From NCBI GenBank assembly GCA_027923505.1, contig BROI01000032.1, forward strand, positions 248,001 to 278,141: 30,141 bases of DNA. Direction: 5' to 3'. Below the pieces are notes generated by a model. The model saw only the letters and a program-made list of their open reading frames with translations. It was not told the origin of the DNA and ran no database searches. Numbering within the stretch: the first letter of the stretch is position 1; each line of letters opens with the position of its first letter. Position numbers and translations under genes: made by a program. This stretch comes from Mayamaea pseudoterrestris. Taxonomy: Eukaryota. Positions 19,210 through 30,141 of this stretch are shown here, one piece after another.

Positions 19210-21717
19210 ATGGATCATTCTAGACCGTTTTTGGATGACGACGCGGCGGCAAATCAACATGAGCAACAGCTACAAATGCAGGAATTCAATAATGTTGTTG
19301 AAAATATTCTCATGAATTGCGAAGAACTGAGACGATCCTTAAATGACTCTCCATTAACGGAAGATGTTATGCAATGGAGGGATGGCTTGGAGCATTTAAT
19401 GTCACTCGTTGATCCGCTCGATCGATGGACGCGCGACGCTGTCAATTCACAGCTCGAAGCCGACTTGTTTCGTCACTGTCACGACAAGATTCGGCACGTT
19501 GCAAGTCAAGCAATGCAGGCTGCTGTCAAACTAAAGGAATCTGACCCGGAGGATCCGTATCTTGCGGCGCCAATTCATGTGATTCGAACGGATGGACAAA
19601 CTGCCATTGCTCGCATTACGGAACTGAATATAGTACTTCAATCATCACAACATACGTCACCTGGAAGGTCCAACAATAATACGGAAAACAATGTACAAGA
19701 GTCTCAACATGAGACGCTAAGCTGCTACGTTGCCTATCAGCGACAAGTCTTAAGGCAGCGCGCCAAACCTGCCATTGCTCGACTTGTGCAGGCTCGAAGG
19801 GACGGTATCTTTCAAAAGCACGACAATCCGCAAACCCATGAATCAGGTGGAAATATTGACGAAGATGAACACGAGGATGACGACGAAGGATGTAAGCGCG
19901 CAAGACAGCAGTATCATGCTCCAGTCATTGCAGATATTCTCGGCCAGGCTGCCGCACTCATTCACCCCTTTATACTTTGGCTTGCCCACTTGCCTCCCAT
20001 TGATGCTGAACGCAACCAAGTGCAGCACCTTGTCGCCAAGCTTTGGACTGACTCGATTCAAACTGTCAATGCGCAGGCGCAGGAGCTTGTGCAAACGATT
20101 GCCAATTGGTTTTGGGAGGATTGTCCCATGGATGATTGGATGGCAGCGCAAACGACGAATGATGCAGCATTGAGCCAGTCGCAACTCTCGCTGCTGGATG
20201 GACTGGTGGAGGAAATGGCGTTTGCTTGTCAAGTACAGGCTCGATATAAAGCCATGTTTGTTGCAAATGGTTCGCTGCCGTTTACACTTGAGGTTACAAC
20301 AGTCCAAGACGAGCTGCTGCCCGAATTTACATGGAAATATGCTTCTTTGGAACGCTACTTGGCGTTGCAGCAATGGCAGTCGGCCGTTGCCTTGGCCGTT
20401 CCAGTGCCAATCGTCATGGGCACCAATATTCACGTACCTTCCGTCGTGGAGGATGCGCAGTACTTGTCGACGCGAGCGCTGGAACGAGCTGCTCTCACTG
20501 AATCAACGCAAGCCATAGGGACCGTGGCGCATGCAATTAGTCATGATGTTTGGTCGACGGACGATGATGGAGGTGTCTTGGCGGCGCTGCGAGAGGAACG
20601 AGGATGCTGGATGGAAGTGAATAGTGCGGTGGCGGATCATGCATCGCCGCAACAAGGTGATGGAGTAGCAAGTCCACCGCAAAGTGGTTTCGAAAGCGGA
20701 TTTGTGTCGGCCTTGATGGATGCGTTAGACGAAGATGAGCCTGCATTACCTCAACAGAACAATACTACGAGAGCGACGAGTAGTGGGGCGGCGCCATCCT
20801 CGGGCAACTTTTTGTTGAGTTTTGTTGGATCGAGTGAGCAGACGCAACAGTCGCAAATGGACGCTGACTTTTGCGTGCTGAATGGGTTCCACGCTGCCTG
20901 CGGTGCGTGCCGGGCTCTCGTCAATTTTCTGGATACCTTGCTCGCTTCAGTACATGATGGTAGCGCCACTGCAAACGATGCCGACGGCAAGACAATGGCA
21001 ATGATCCGACTGGCACGAGAGGAGTTGTTTCAGTACGAGGCGTCGTATCAAAATATATTAGATGAACGTGTACGCGCGAGCCTTGTTCATTGGTGTGGTA
21101 CTTTTGACGACCAAGGAGCTAATTGGGATGGCAAACTTCTTCCTCGGCTACGAGTCTTTTTTGAGGTCGAAGATTACGTGTTGAACGAAGACTCTTTTGA
21201 GCAGGCGGAAAAGGACGAGCGATTGAATACCGATTTGCTGGCTATATTAGAGGAGTCAAAGTATCTCCACCAGTTGTCTGATAAGTGCGACGCTGAAATT
21301 CTGATCCTCCTCAGCAAGTCAGCAGTTACAGCTTTCGTCGAGCTAATTTTAGATGTGCTCTGGAAGAACGAAAAGCATTTTACAGACTTGGGCGCGTTGC
21401 TATTTTCCAAAGAAGTAAGAATGATTCAAACGTTCTGCAGCAAAGTTATGACACCTTCATCGTCGGACGCTATGGCGCCGAATCTTCTGGCTCACTGGGA
21501 GAGGCTCTTCCAGGTCACTTGCATTTTGCAGCTGGAGAGACCAGCCGACTGGCTGTCGTACACAAGCACGTTAACGCCGGACGAAGTGGATGCAACCTTG
21601 CGACTGCGAAAAGATTTTTCGCAGGATGCAGTACAAGCAGTCGTCGCCCAGCTCCGCAAAACGTCTACAAACACAATCGCTCCTGTGCCCAAAAGCCCAG
21701 ATACACAATGTCTGTAA
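19210..21717 (+). CDS. COG4: Conserved oligomeric Golgi complex subunit 4-like protein, 835 aa
   Basis: C-terminal FTDLGALLFSKEVR...ERLFQVTCILQLE...LTPDEVDATLRLRKDF matches the COG4 C-terminal pattern; central SVVEDAQYLSTRALERA also fits. Confidence 0.78.
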   Translation: MDHSRPFLDDDAAANQHEQQLQMQEFNNVVENILMNCEELRRSLNDSPLTEDVMQWRDGLEHLMSLVDPLDRWTRDAVNSQLEADLFRHCHDKIRHVASQAMQAAVKLKESDPEDPYLAAPIHVIRTDGQTAIARITELNIVLQSSQHTSPGRSNNNTENNVQESQHETLSCYVAYQRQVLRQRAKPAIARLVQARRDGIFQKHDNPQTHESGGNIDEDEHEDDDEGCKRARQQYHAPVIADILGQAAALIHPFILWLAHLPPIDAERNQVQHLVAKLWTDSIQTVNAQAQELVQTIANWFWEDCPMDDWMAAQTTNDAALSQSQLSLLDGLVEEMAFACQVQARYKAMFVANGSLPFTLEVTTVQDELLPEFTWKYASLERYLALQQWQSAVALAVPVPIVMGTNIHVPSVVEDAQYLSTRALERAALTESTQAIGTVAHAISHDVWSTDDDGGVLAALREERGCWMEVNSAVADHASPQQGDGVASPPQSGFESGFVSALMDALDEDEPALPQQNNTTRATSSGAAPSSGNFLLSFVGSSEQTQQSQMDADFCVLNGFHAACGACRALVNFLDTLLASVHDGSATANDADGKTMAMIRLAREELFQYEASYQNILDERVRASLVHWCGTFDDQGANWDGKLLPRLRVFFEVEDYVLNEDSFEQAEKDERLNTDLLAILEESKYLHQLSDKCDAEILILLSKSAVTAFVELILDVLWKNEKHFTDLGALLFSKEVRMIQTFCSKVMTPSSSDAMAPNLLAHWERLFQVTCILQLERPADWLSYTSTLTPDEVDATLRLRKDFSQDAVQAVVAQLRKTSTNTIAPVPKSPDTQCL

Positions 21718-21781
21718 GATTTATGTAAAGCTGTAGTTTGTCTATGATTAGCAATTACGGTAACCTTGCATAACTATGTCT

Positions 21782-23222
21782 TTAGTGCGAAGAGAATTGC
21801 TTGGTCACAATGTCCCTCAGAGCATGAAGCTGCTGCACCATTTCAAAAATGCTTTCTCTCTTGTCCAAGTCCCACTCCCATGCTTTCTCCATTGCTTTTA
21901 CAAGTCCAGCCTCAATAACGCTTCGATTACGATATCGAGGATCATTGAAAGGCTTCTCTCTGTTATGAATAAGCAAATCTTGGACGAACGAAGAGTCCTG
22001 AGAATGGCACAAGTGCAAACGAGACAGTGAGCGTTCAAAGTAATTTGCAGCAAGGCAAGGTGGCAGCTATGAAAGACTTACATCCGGATCGTATTGGTAG
22101 AATGGCCACAAGCCGGTCAGCAGTGTATACAGATTGTTTCCCATGGAGTAAGTATCCATCCCTTCGTTGCTATCGATGCACCGAAATTCCTCAGGGGACC
22201 GATATGTGCCACCAAAGCAGCGGTAAAGCTTACAATACTCCTGCTTTTCAACGTTAAAATCGAGAATTTCACCATTGTCTAAAACGAGTAGCAACGATTG
22301 TTAGCGCAGCGCGAACGTCATATCAAAGGGCTGCCGGTGACACTCCACTTACTAAAGTCGTTAAGTTTGACTTGACCCTTCTCGTTGGACAACCATTGGT
22401 ATGGATGAATGTCGCCATGTACAATGACACCTCCTTCAAAGCCATGGATTTCGGCAATGGACTCTGCCATGGCAATGGCCATGTCAAGCTTTTGCTCAAC
22501 CGTCAAGTTATTCATTGGTCGCACATCACCCATCTGCAATAAGTCCAGCTCGGTTTGGTTCATATATCCCGCATACGAGTCCTCTCTCGAGCCGAGAACA
22601 ATGTCATTCGTAACTTCGTGAAGCATGGGTTCCGACATGATTGAAGTGGCACAAAAGCCGTAAATATCAACAATGCTTGGGCTGGCCGTCAAACGTTCCA
22701 TGACAATGGCTTCGCGATGAATCTGGTACACTTTTGAGCAAAGCAAAGAACGAGCCAAGACACATGTGCGTGAGGCGAATGAGCGTCTCACTAAAGCATC
22801 AGCCCGCAGCAGCATAAACTTACTGTAATCCTCGTCAAAGTCAAACGCCTTGATCATGCGCAACTTTTTCAAAATGAACTTGTCGTCTCCAGCTTGATAC
22901 ATCCACGAGTCTCTAAAGTACCCATGCCCCGTATATGTAATGTCGAAATCGTCAGTTTGCGTCATGGGTCGATCAAGGACTGACGTTTCGTGAAAGGTCA
23001 AGCAGTTGGGGAACTGCTTGTCGCGCCAATTGTTGCGTCGGCATTTTCGATTCACTGGAGCATAGTCCTCATACTTCATGGATCGTTCCCTTTCTGGATC
23101 CTCATCGATATCATCCAGCAGCTTTTCGCGTTCCGTTGTGTAAATTAGCATGTCGTAGGCATTGATAGCTCGGGAAATGGCATTGTCCGACAAGGGCTTG
23201 ATGACGAGGCCATTGAACTTGG
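21782..23222 (-). CDS. Protein kinase-like gene, 5' part cut off by the LTR element; visible exons 23222-22824, 22730-22353, 22278-22082, 21997-21782
   Basis: GHGYFRDSW, FILKKLR, HREAIVMERL, VIVHGDIHPYQW, KLNDFNN (across an intron), GTYRSPEE, DTYSMGN. Three GTAAGT...AG introns keep the frame. The open frame runs up to the LTR edge with no start codon at its 5' end. Confidence 0.8.
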
Positions 23223-23523
23223 AGTCGAAACAATTAAGGTTCAGGCCCTGCCAGTGTCCGTTTGTTTCGGTTGATCCTCATGGCTGGATATCTGTTAATA
23301 TCCAGTATCTGTGAATACTCAAGTTACTTAAGCTACAGAAGCAAGCCGACGTTACCAACACGTCGGCAACGGTCCCCTTAAAGTAGCGGTAACAACTAAA
23401 TCAAATCATTCTATTGCAAAGTACACGCAATCGTCTCGTTCCCCTCTTCTTACCAAGTTAGCAGACTGATCATCTTCTACTTGACCAAGTACTCAAGGTA
23501 ACTCGACACAAGTTGCATTGATA
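23223..23523 (+). repeat. 5' LTR (right boundary uncertain, 23508 or 23523)
   Basis: 23223-23393 aligns with 29963-30141. Possible ends are TCGACA (23503-23508, imperfect inverted match to the AGTCGA start) or just before GGTTAT at 23524. Confidence 0.75.
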
Positions 23524-23592
23524 GGTTATTCGTCCCAATCACGCGCCCTACTGCCGCTACAAAATCTCGTTCTAGACCCCGAGAAAAGCATC

Positions 23593-25170
23593 ATGTCTAC
23601 CGACAACAACGACACCGATACGGAGCAGTACTTCGACACTCCTCCTCCTAAAACCCGAGCTAGCTCTCCAACGTCTGCTGCAGCTGACCTTGCTACGCTC
23701 ATTTCAGCCCTCAAGTCGATTCCATCCGACCAGCTTAAGATCCTCCTCCAAGCCGTCCAACCGACCGACGCGTCGTCGCCTGGAGACGCCTCTCCTCCCA
23801 AGGATGAAACCTCTATTCCAACGGCCAACGAATATGTTTCCCTCATTGGTGGTTACCTCGATGCCGAGCGCAAGATTGCCTTCTGTGGAGGCAAACCGAA
23901 TCTTGACTACACGCTCCCCCAAGTGCTCGAGGATGACCCGCTCGCCAAGCACATCCCCAAGACACCAGCTTGCCACCGCGATCTCACCATGAAGCGTGCT
24001 GCTCAAGACTACGCCATTCGCATTGCTTTCAAGCCTTCAATTGGCAAGTTAGAGAAGGCCATGCCGATGTTTCGCTGGCGAGGACATCCTTCGTGCGCTT
24101 GAAACGACTGGCGGCGATTCTGTCACTTACTCGCTGTCGAGAGACAACAAGACGCGCGTTAGTGTTTGTACCAACTTTGATGTACTCACGCTCGCTCACG
24201 TTATCGCTCAAAGCAAGAAGGATGTCGCCAATTGGCGCCCGATGGACCACGAGAACAGCTCGATGGCGATCGAGTTCGTGTTGAATCACTTGAGCACGGC
24301 GATCCAACAGATTGTCGAGCCTCGCCGAAAGGAAGATGATACCTTCGCCATCTTCTTTATGCGCATCGCTCAAGCTAACGCTGACCTTTCATACGAAGCT
24401 GCCGACAAGATGAAGGCAGAGCTCCGTGCTTACAAATTGACCGACGTTTCCTTCCAAGACGTTCACCATTTTGGTGCCAAGTTCCTCAACACTGAGCGCC
24501 AGCTTCACAATGGCAAGCGCTGGGACCATTCCCTTGGATTAATCTTCATTAGAGAGCTTTCCAAGTGTCCTTCGGAGGTGATGCGCGTTACGTTCATTGG
24601 CATTGGAGAACGGTACGACACTGCCCTTCGTGAAATCAATCCCCTCTCCTACGACGAGCAGCGCACCCGCATGTTCAGTTTAAACGTTCATATCTCCCAG
24701 TTGGTTGAACGCGCTGATGATCTTTACGCTCAAATCAAAGCAGTTGATGGAGGATGGCCTCCGCTTGTCAATATCGTCGACAAGAAAGCGCCCGATATCA
24801 ACTCGTTGACGAAACTCAGTCACGCCGAGCAAGCTGCTCTCATCTCAAGCGGCCAAGTGGATATCAACAACCTCGTTCAATCCAAGGTCAAAGAGCTCCG
24901 CACAAAGGACAAGAAGCAGTTGGAGGCTTACAAGAAGCGATTCGCCAAGCAGTCGCCAACTGGCGACACCAAGGCTCCAAACACGACTCCTTCTGGCGAT
25001 TCCACCAAGACCGCCGAAAAGCGAGCTGAACGCCCTTTACCAGCATGGCGCACAAAGCCGCCGGCTGCCAACAATAAAGATGAAGTCAAGGAGGTTGGCA
25101 AGTACAAGTTCCAGTGGTGACAAGTGCTCCAAGTGGGTGTGGAATCACATCGTCTGCAACTCACAAATCC
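23593..25170 (+). pseudogene. gag-like region, frameshifted
   Basis: ORFs 23518-24102 and 24242-25120 joined by a frameshift near 24070. A basic C-terminus is followed by a broken Cys/His knuckle (W-[frameshift]-DKCSKWVWNH). Confidence 0.65.
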
Positions 25171-26039
25171 AAGTCGCCCGAGGCAAACAACTTCATCCTT
25201 GCCGACTCCGCCAACGTGTTTGAAGAATTCACCGACCACGCCTCCCTTCGCTGACAGTCAGGAATGACTTGAATGCGGAAGGACGCGCCGCCTCTTCTTC
25301 TCTTTGTTCAAGCGTTTTGTTTCAAGACTGCCTTCGCCCGGTTCATCCTCCAAGCCCGTCGCCGCCATGCTCCTCTTGGCTGCATTGAGTATGCTTCCTA
25401 CCGTCCTACCCGCCGTTCTTGAATCATTTTGCGCCTGCGCAACCGAGTGGACTTGCGCTCAATCAATGGTTCTGGGTCTACGACTCTCGCCAACGCCTCT
25501 ACGTTTGCCTGCACGGCGCTCCGCTTTTGCGCGCTCCGCTTCGCTCTTCCAACGTTTCTTCGCTGGTTTTGGTTTGAGTTACTCACCACTACGCTCGAGA
25601 GGAGATGATGTTGCTGTGGATGACAGTTATCCTCGAAGCATTAGCTCTTTCCTATCACCTTTCTCCGAGTCGCCCGCAACCAACTAGAGACAAGCTCCGT
25701 CAAAAACAAAAACACTACGACAAACGCAAGAACTCTACTGACGAACGTCAACTTTCCGTCCATTCAAAACGCCGCATTCGCCAACAGAAACGATTGAAAA
25801 AGAACGCTCCGTGTCCCACTCATCTATAGCTATCACCGTTCCTATCCAACAAGATTGCGCAGACGGCGGCGTCTATCGTCAAAGAGTCCATTGCCCTCGT
25901 TTCGAGACCCTTCCAGATGCCAAGACTGTTCCCATTGAAGTCATTAAAGGGTACAATGGCTTGTTTACGACCCTCGTCGAGTCCAAGGCATGCCGATGGA
26001 TCGACAATCCCATCTCCCAATTTAATTCCCTCGTCGAGT

Positions 26040-29000
26040 ACCCCAGCCTCATGGATTACCTTGGCGCGCGCTTCCACTCGAGTTCAACAACGTTACTTTC
26101 CAAGCAGACTCTACAGTCAATGACTTTGCCTTCTCTCCAAGCAATGCTGCTCGATCCTCCACGTTCGAAATCATTCACGACAGCGGCGCTTCGCAACCGT
26201 CGCCAATCACTGGGATGACTTTCCCTGGTACTTACCGCAAGAGCACAAAGAAGATCATTGCTAAAAGCCCTCGCATCTGGACAAGTAGTCGGCCATGGCA
26301 TAATTGACTGGACCCTTGATGGCAACGATGGCAAAGCCTCTTACGAGTCCGTTGTCAAGCTCTACATACCCGACAGTCCGCGCAAGTTACTGTGTCCCCA
26401 ACAGTACACTCGATATCACAAGCTACACGATCGCGAGGCGAATTTAACGCTGCTATTAATGGAGAAGGATTCTGGTACTTTGATCTACACAAACAAGGAC
26501 GCCCGTCCCTTCTTCACGGCTCGCTCGATCCAGTCACCAACCTACCGACTTCTACAGCCATTGCAACTCAAGATAGTCCTGAAACCCTTCATGCTGAGTT
26601 TAATGCATGTGTAACAGACGCTCGAAACGCCAACCTGTCGCCCGCAAAAGCTTCTTCTTCAATGGCATTTCAAGTGCGGCCACGCCAGCTTCCGCAGCAT
26701 TCAAAACCTTCTACGCTCTGGTCGCCTCGCTACAAGCGATGAGATGCGCAAGCTCCATAAAGCAGCAGCCTCCTGTGAGATCTCGCAGCCGCTTCTTGAG
26801 TTTGGCAAGGCGAAACGCCGACCCGCGCCCGGAACGAGTCGTCAACCAACGCCTCGAGCCGATGGATCGCTCAAGCAAGGAAAGCTTCGACCAGGACAAC
26901 AAGTCTCCGTTGATCATTACATCTGCAGTCAAAAGGGACGCCTCTATACATCTCGCGGCAAAACGTCGACCGACTCAATGTTCAGCGGTGGCGCGCTCTT
27001 TGTCGACCACGCAAGTGGATACGTCTTCGTCGACCATCAAGTTGTTATGAACACTCATGAAACCCTTCGCTCCAAATGGAACTTTGAAAAGTTTGCAAGA
27101 GACTGCGGCGTTTCAATTGAAAGCTACTTGTCTGACAACGCTGCGTGTTTCACCAGTCACGAGTACACTGAACATCTTTCCAAATTCAAGCAGACGACTG
27201 TCTTTGCAGGCGTCGGCGCTCATCATCAAAACGGCATTGCAGAACGAAACATTCAAACCATTATGAACATGGCAAGGACGATGCTTATCCACGCTAATAT
27301 GCATTGGACTGACGTTGATGATATGTCGCTCTGGCCGATGGCTGTCGACTACGCAGTTTACATCTTCAATCGAATGCCAAACGTCGCCACTGGCCAAGCT
27401 CCCATTGATATCTTCACTGGTACCATCTGGGCAAGTCACAAGTTCCATCATTCCACGTTTTTGGATCGCCCGCCACGTTTCTTGATCCTCGCATGCAAGA
27501 CGGCAAGTCCATTCCTCGTTGGAAAGTGCGCTCACGCCTTGCGGATCTTTGTCGGCTTCTCCAGCAAGCACTCGGCTACAGTTCCTCTTGTCCTCAACTT
27601 GAATACATTAACCATCAGTCCTCAGTATCACGTTACGCATGACGATTGGTTTACTACAGTTGAGCTCTCTTCCTCTGGCCCAAAATTCTACGGACGACAG
27701 ATGGACGAGTCTCTTTGCGACAAGCAAGTACATGTATCCGTTCGACGACGACCCCCTTCCTGCTCTCAATCCTGAGTGGGAGGACAACTGATGCCTCAGC
27801 TGCTCGCCAAGATGCTATACATGCAGCACAGACTCCTTCTACCGCTCCAGTTTTACCTGCTCCGCGCTCCGCCAGCGGTTGCTCCAGTTCTTCAATGATT
27901 CTCCGCCCGCAACAGGCGCTCCGCCTCCGAATCAGAGGGAGACAAGGACTCCTGAAATTCATTCGCCTACAGAAGCCACAGAACCAACGCTTCAGAGGGA
28001 GCAGAGGGAGCATTTAGATCACATTGATGGCAATCCTTTGCGCTCGTCCGCACCTACACCGCGTGTCGCAGCCGATGTCAAGTCAATCCCAGTCCACCAA
28101 ACGCATCAAACGAGTCCACGATCCCGACGACAGCCCTCCTACTCGCTGACAACAACAACAAGCAAGTGATCCTCCTTTACGGCGCTCTGCACGCTACGAT
28201 CGTCCCACAGAGCCAGTCATTACTCGAGCTCAGCGTCTTCGACATGCTCGCGAGAAATGATTGAAACCAATATGCTGTTAGCAGAGCATGCGCACGCGGA
28301 ATACCCTTACTCAATCGGTTTAACGCAAGTGCTACTTTGCTCGACGAACGATCCCGACACACCGCTACGATGAAGGAGCGCTGATGACTCTGAAGAGTTC
28401 AGGAAAGCCGCAGGAATAGAGATCAAGTCGCCGAAGATCATCGGCACGTGGGTCGTCATCCCAAGGACCGAGGTTCCAAGGAAAGCAAATCATCCCGGCA
28501 CATGGACCTTTCGGCCGAAGCGAACGCCCAGCGGTGAGCGAAGAAACACAAAGCTTCAGCTTCTGCGTTCGAGGAGACCTACGAGAAGGACGTATTTGAA
28601 ACGTTTGCACCAGTCGTTCAATGGAGCACGTTCGTGTCCTCATGGTATTCGGCTGACGCTAGCAAAACCAAGTGCATTGATTTCACCAACGCTTTCGTTC
28701 AAGCAGAACTAAAGGATCCAATCTACATTCACCTTACGCGGCTTTCAACACAAAGACGGTCATCAATCAACGATTACTGTTTAAAGTTGCTCAAGTCGTG
28801 CATACGGAACGAAGATCGCCCTAAAGCTCTTCTACGAACACTTACCGACCGACTGCGTGTTCGGTTTCACTCAAAGCTTCTTCGATCCCCGTCTCTCTTC
28901 TACCGTAATGGACAAATCATCGCCTGTTACGTTTGATATTGCATCTGCGTCGCCCGTACCGACAAGGAGCTGCAGACCATCATCGACGACTTCGCCAAAG

Positions 29001-29880
29001 TTCACGCCACCGAAGAAGGCATCTCAGTCAATATCTTGGCATTGATATAAAGCGCTCTGGCAAGTCTTTCCACGCTCACTCAAACGGGGTTTGATCGACA
29101 GTATCATTCAATACTGGAATGGAGGCTGCTAACGAGTCTTCACGCCCGCCAATCATACGCCGGCAAGAACGCGGTTTACCTGATCATCAGAGAGCTGGAG
29201 CTATAACTCGCTAATCGGCAAGCCACCCTTCTATCTCGCTGGTAACTCACGCCCTGACATTGCCTTTGCAGTCAATCAATGCGCTGATTCAATCACTGTC
29301 CCAAAAGCCACACTTTGACGCCGTGAACGCATCGGTGCTATCTCATCAAGACCGTCGGCAACAAGGACTCATCATGACGCCCGAAGGTAACCTCACGGTT
29401 GACTGTTACGTTGATGCCGACCTTGTTGGTTTATATGGAAAGGAAGACGGTCAAGATCCAGTGTGCGCTCAGTCCCGTACCGATACCTCATCTTTCGGTG
29501 GCTGCCTGGTCTTTTTGGCAAAGCAAGCTACAAACCGAAATCGCTCGCTACAATGGAATCCGAGTACGTTGCCCTCTCTTCAAGCCGCCGAAGTCATTCC
29601 TATCCGCAATCGTCAAGGAATGGGAAACAAATGAAGCAACGCATCCCAAAGTTAACCCGCGCGCCTTACTGCACCGTTTACTAAGAGAATCCGCAGGCTG
29701 CCTTTGTCGCCAATCGCCCCTCATCTTACGTTCGCTCTCGCCATTACGCCACCTAAGCAGTCACCACTTTAAGCACCATGTAAAGCAGGGCACGATCAAA
29801 GTCGTTAAGATTGACACCAAGGAGCAACGAAGGATATCTTTCCCCTACAAGCGCTGCCCCAGTCACATTCGAGCACCTCC
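26040..29880 (+). pseudogene. pol region (degenerate protease, integrase, RT, RNase H), many small indels
   Basis: Integrase core is largely intact in ORF 26744-27775; RT and RNase H motifs are scattered across all three frames. The protease site near 26050 is only weakly recognisable. Confidence 0.85.
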
Positions 29881-29953
29881 GCCCGTCTCCTTATGGGATG
29901 GTAAAGTTGCTCATCTTCTCTGTTATTTGTCTCTATGTCTATAACATCGATCC

Positions 29954-29962
29954 AAGAGGGAG
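29954..29962 (+). other. Polypurine tract
   Basis: AAGAGGGAG immediately precedes the second LTR copy. Confidence 0.8.
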
Positions 29963-30141
29963 AGTCGAAACAATTAAGGTTCAGGCCCCTGCCAGTGTCC
30001 GTTTGTTTCGGTTGATCCTCATGGCTGGATATCTTCTGCTCATCCAGCATGTCTGTGAATCTTTTAACCGTTACTTAAAGCTACAGAAGCATGCTGACGT
30101 TACCAACACGTCAACGCAGATCCAACCAAAGTAGCGGTAAC
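29963..30141 (+). repeat. 3' LTR (partial)
   Basis: First ~70 nt are identical to 23223 onward except one extra C; the remainder aligns with many differences. Confidence 0.88.

Larger units (their letters stand above)
23223..30141 (+). mobile_element. Ty1/copia LTR retrotransposon (diatom CoDi-like), heavily frameshifted; 3' LTR truncated by the window end
   Basis: Direct repeats start at 23223 and 29963. Domain order gag (from 23593), integrase (WHFKCGH ~26660; VSVDH, LFVDHASG, SDN, HQNGIAER), RT (FCVRGD, FAPVVQWS, IDFTNAFVQAEL, broken YVDD ~28928), RNase H (VDCYVDAD, TMESEYVAL). IN before RT defines copia. Confidence 0.95.

Noticed and set aside
25112..25125. TGA right after Trp at the gag Cys/His knuckle as a second Sec or readthrough codon
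   Set aside because: The knuckle continues in a different frame (DKCSKWVWNH), so a small indel explains it; the element has many such frameshifts.

Overview
Compact eukaryotic genomic DNA with short GT-AG introns, bipartite plastid presequences and a Ty1/copia element, most consistent with a diatom (inference). From 1 to ~23.2 kb there are 12 host genes: a DEK-C-like protein (partial), a mitochondrial-carrier-family protein with a plastid/thylakoid-type presequence, a TPR protein, condensin CAP-G, a Pro/Ser/Thr-rich surface protein, a DUF1647-like protein, WDR76/Cmr1, an RlmN radical-SAM RNA methyltransferase, a small bZIP factor, a kinesin, COG4 and a protein kinase. The kinase is interrupted at ~23222 by a frameshifted copia LTR retrotransposon that runs to the window end. 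Top finding: after splicing, the RlmN gene has an in-frame TGA exactly at the middle Cys of the [4Fe-4S]-binding CxxxCxxC motif (C-R-Q-G-TGA-T-F-C), and a SECIS-like stem-loop follows the real stop codon. This makes it a candidate plastid-targeted selenocysteine-containing radical-SAM enzyme. All gene models were assembled by eye; no database searches or folding programs were run.
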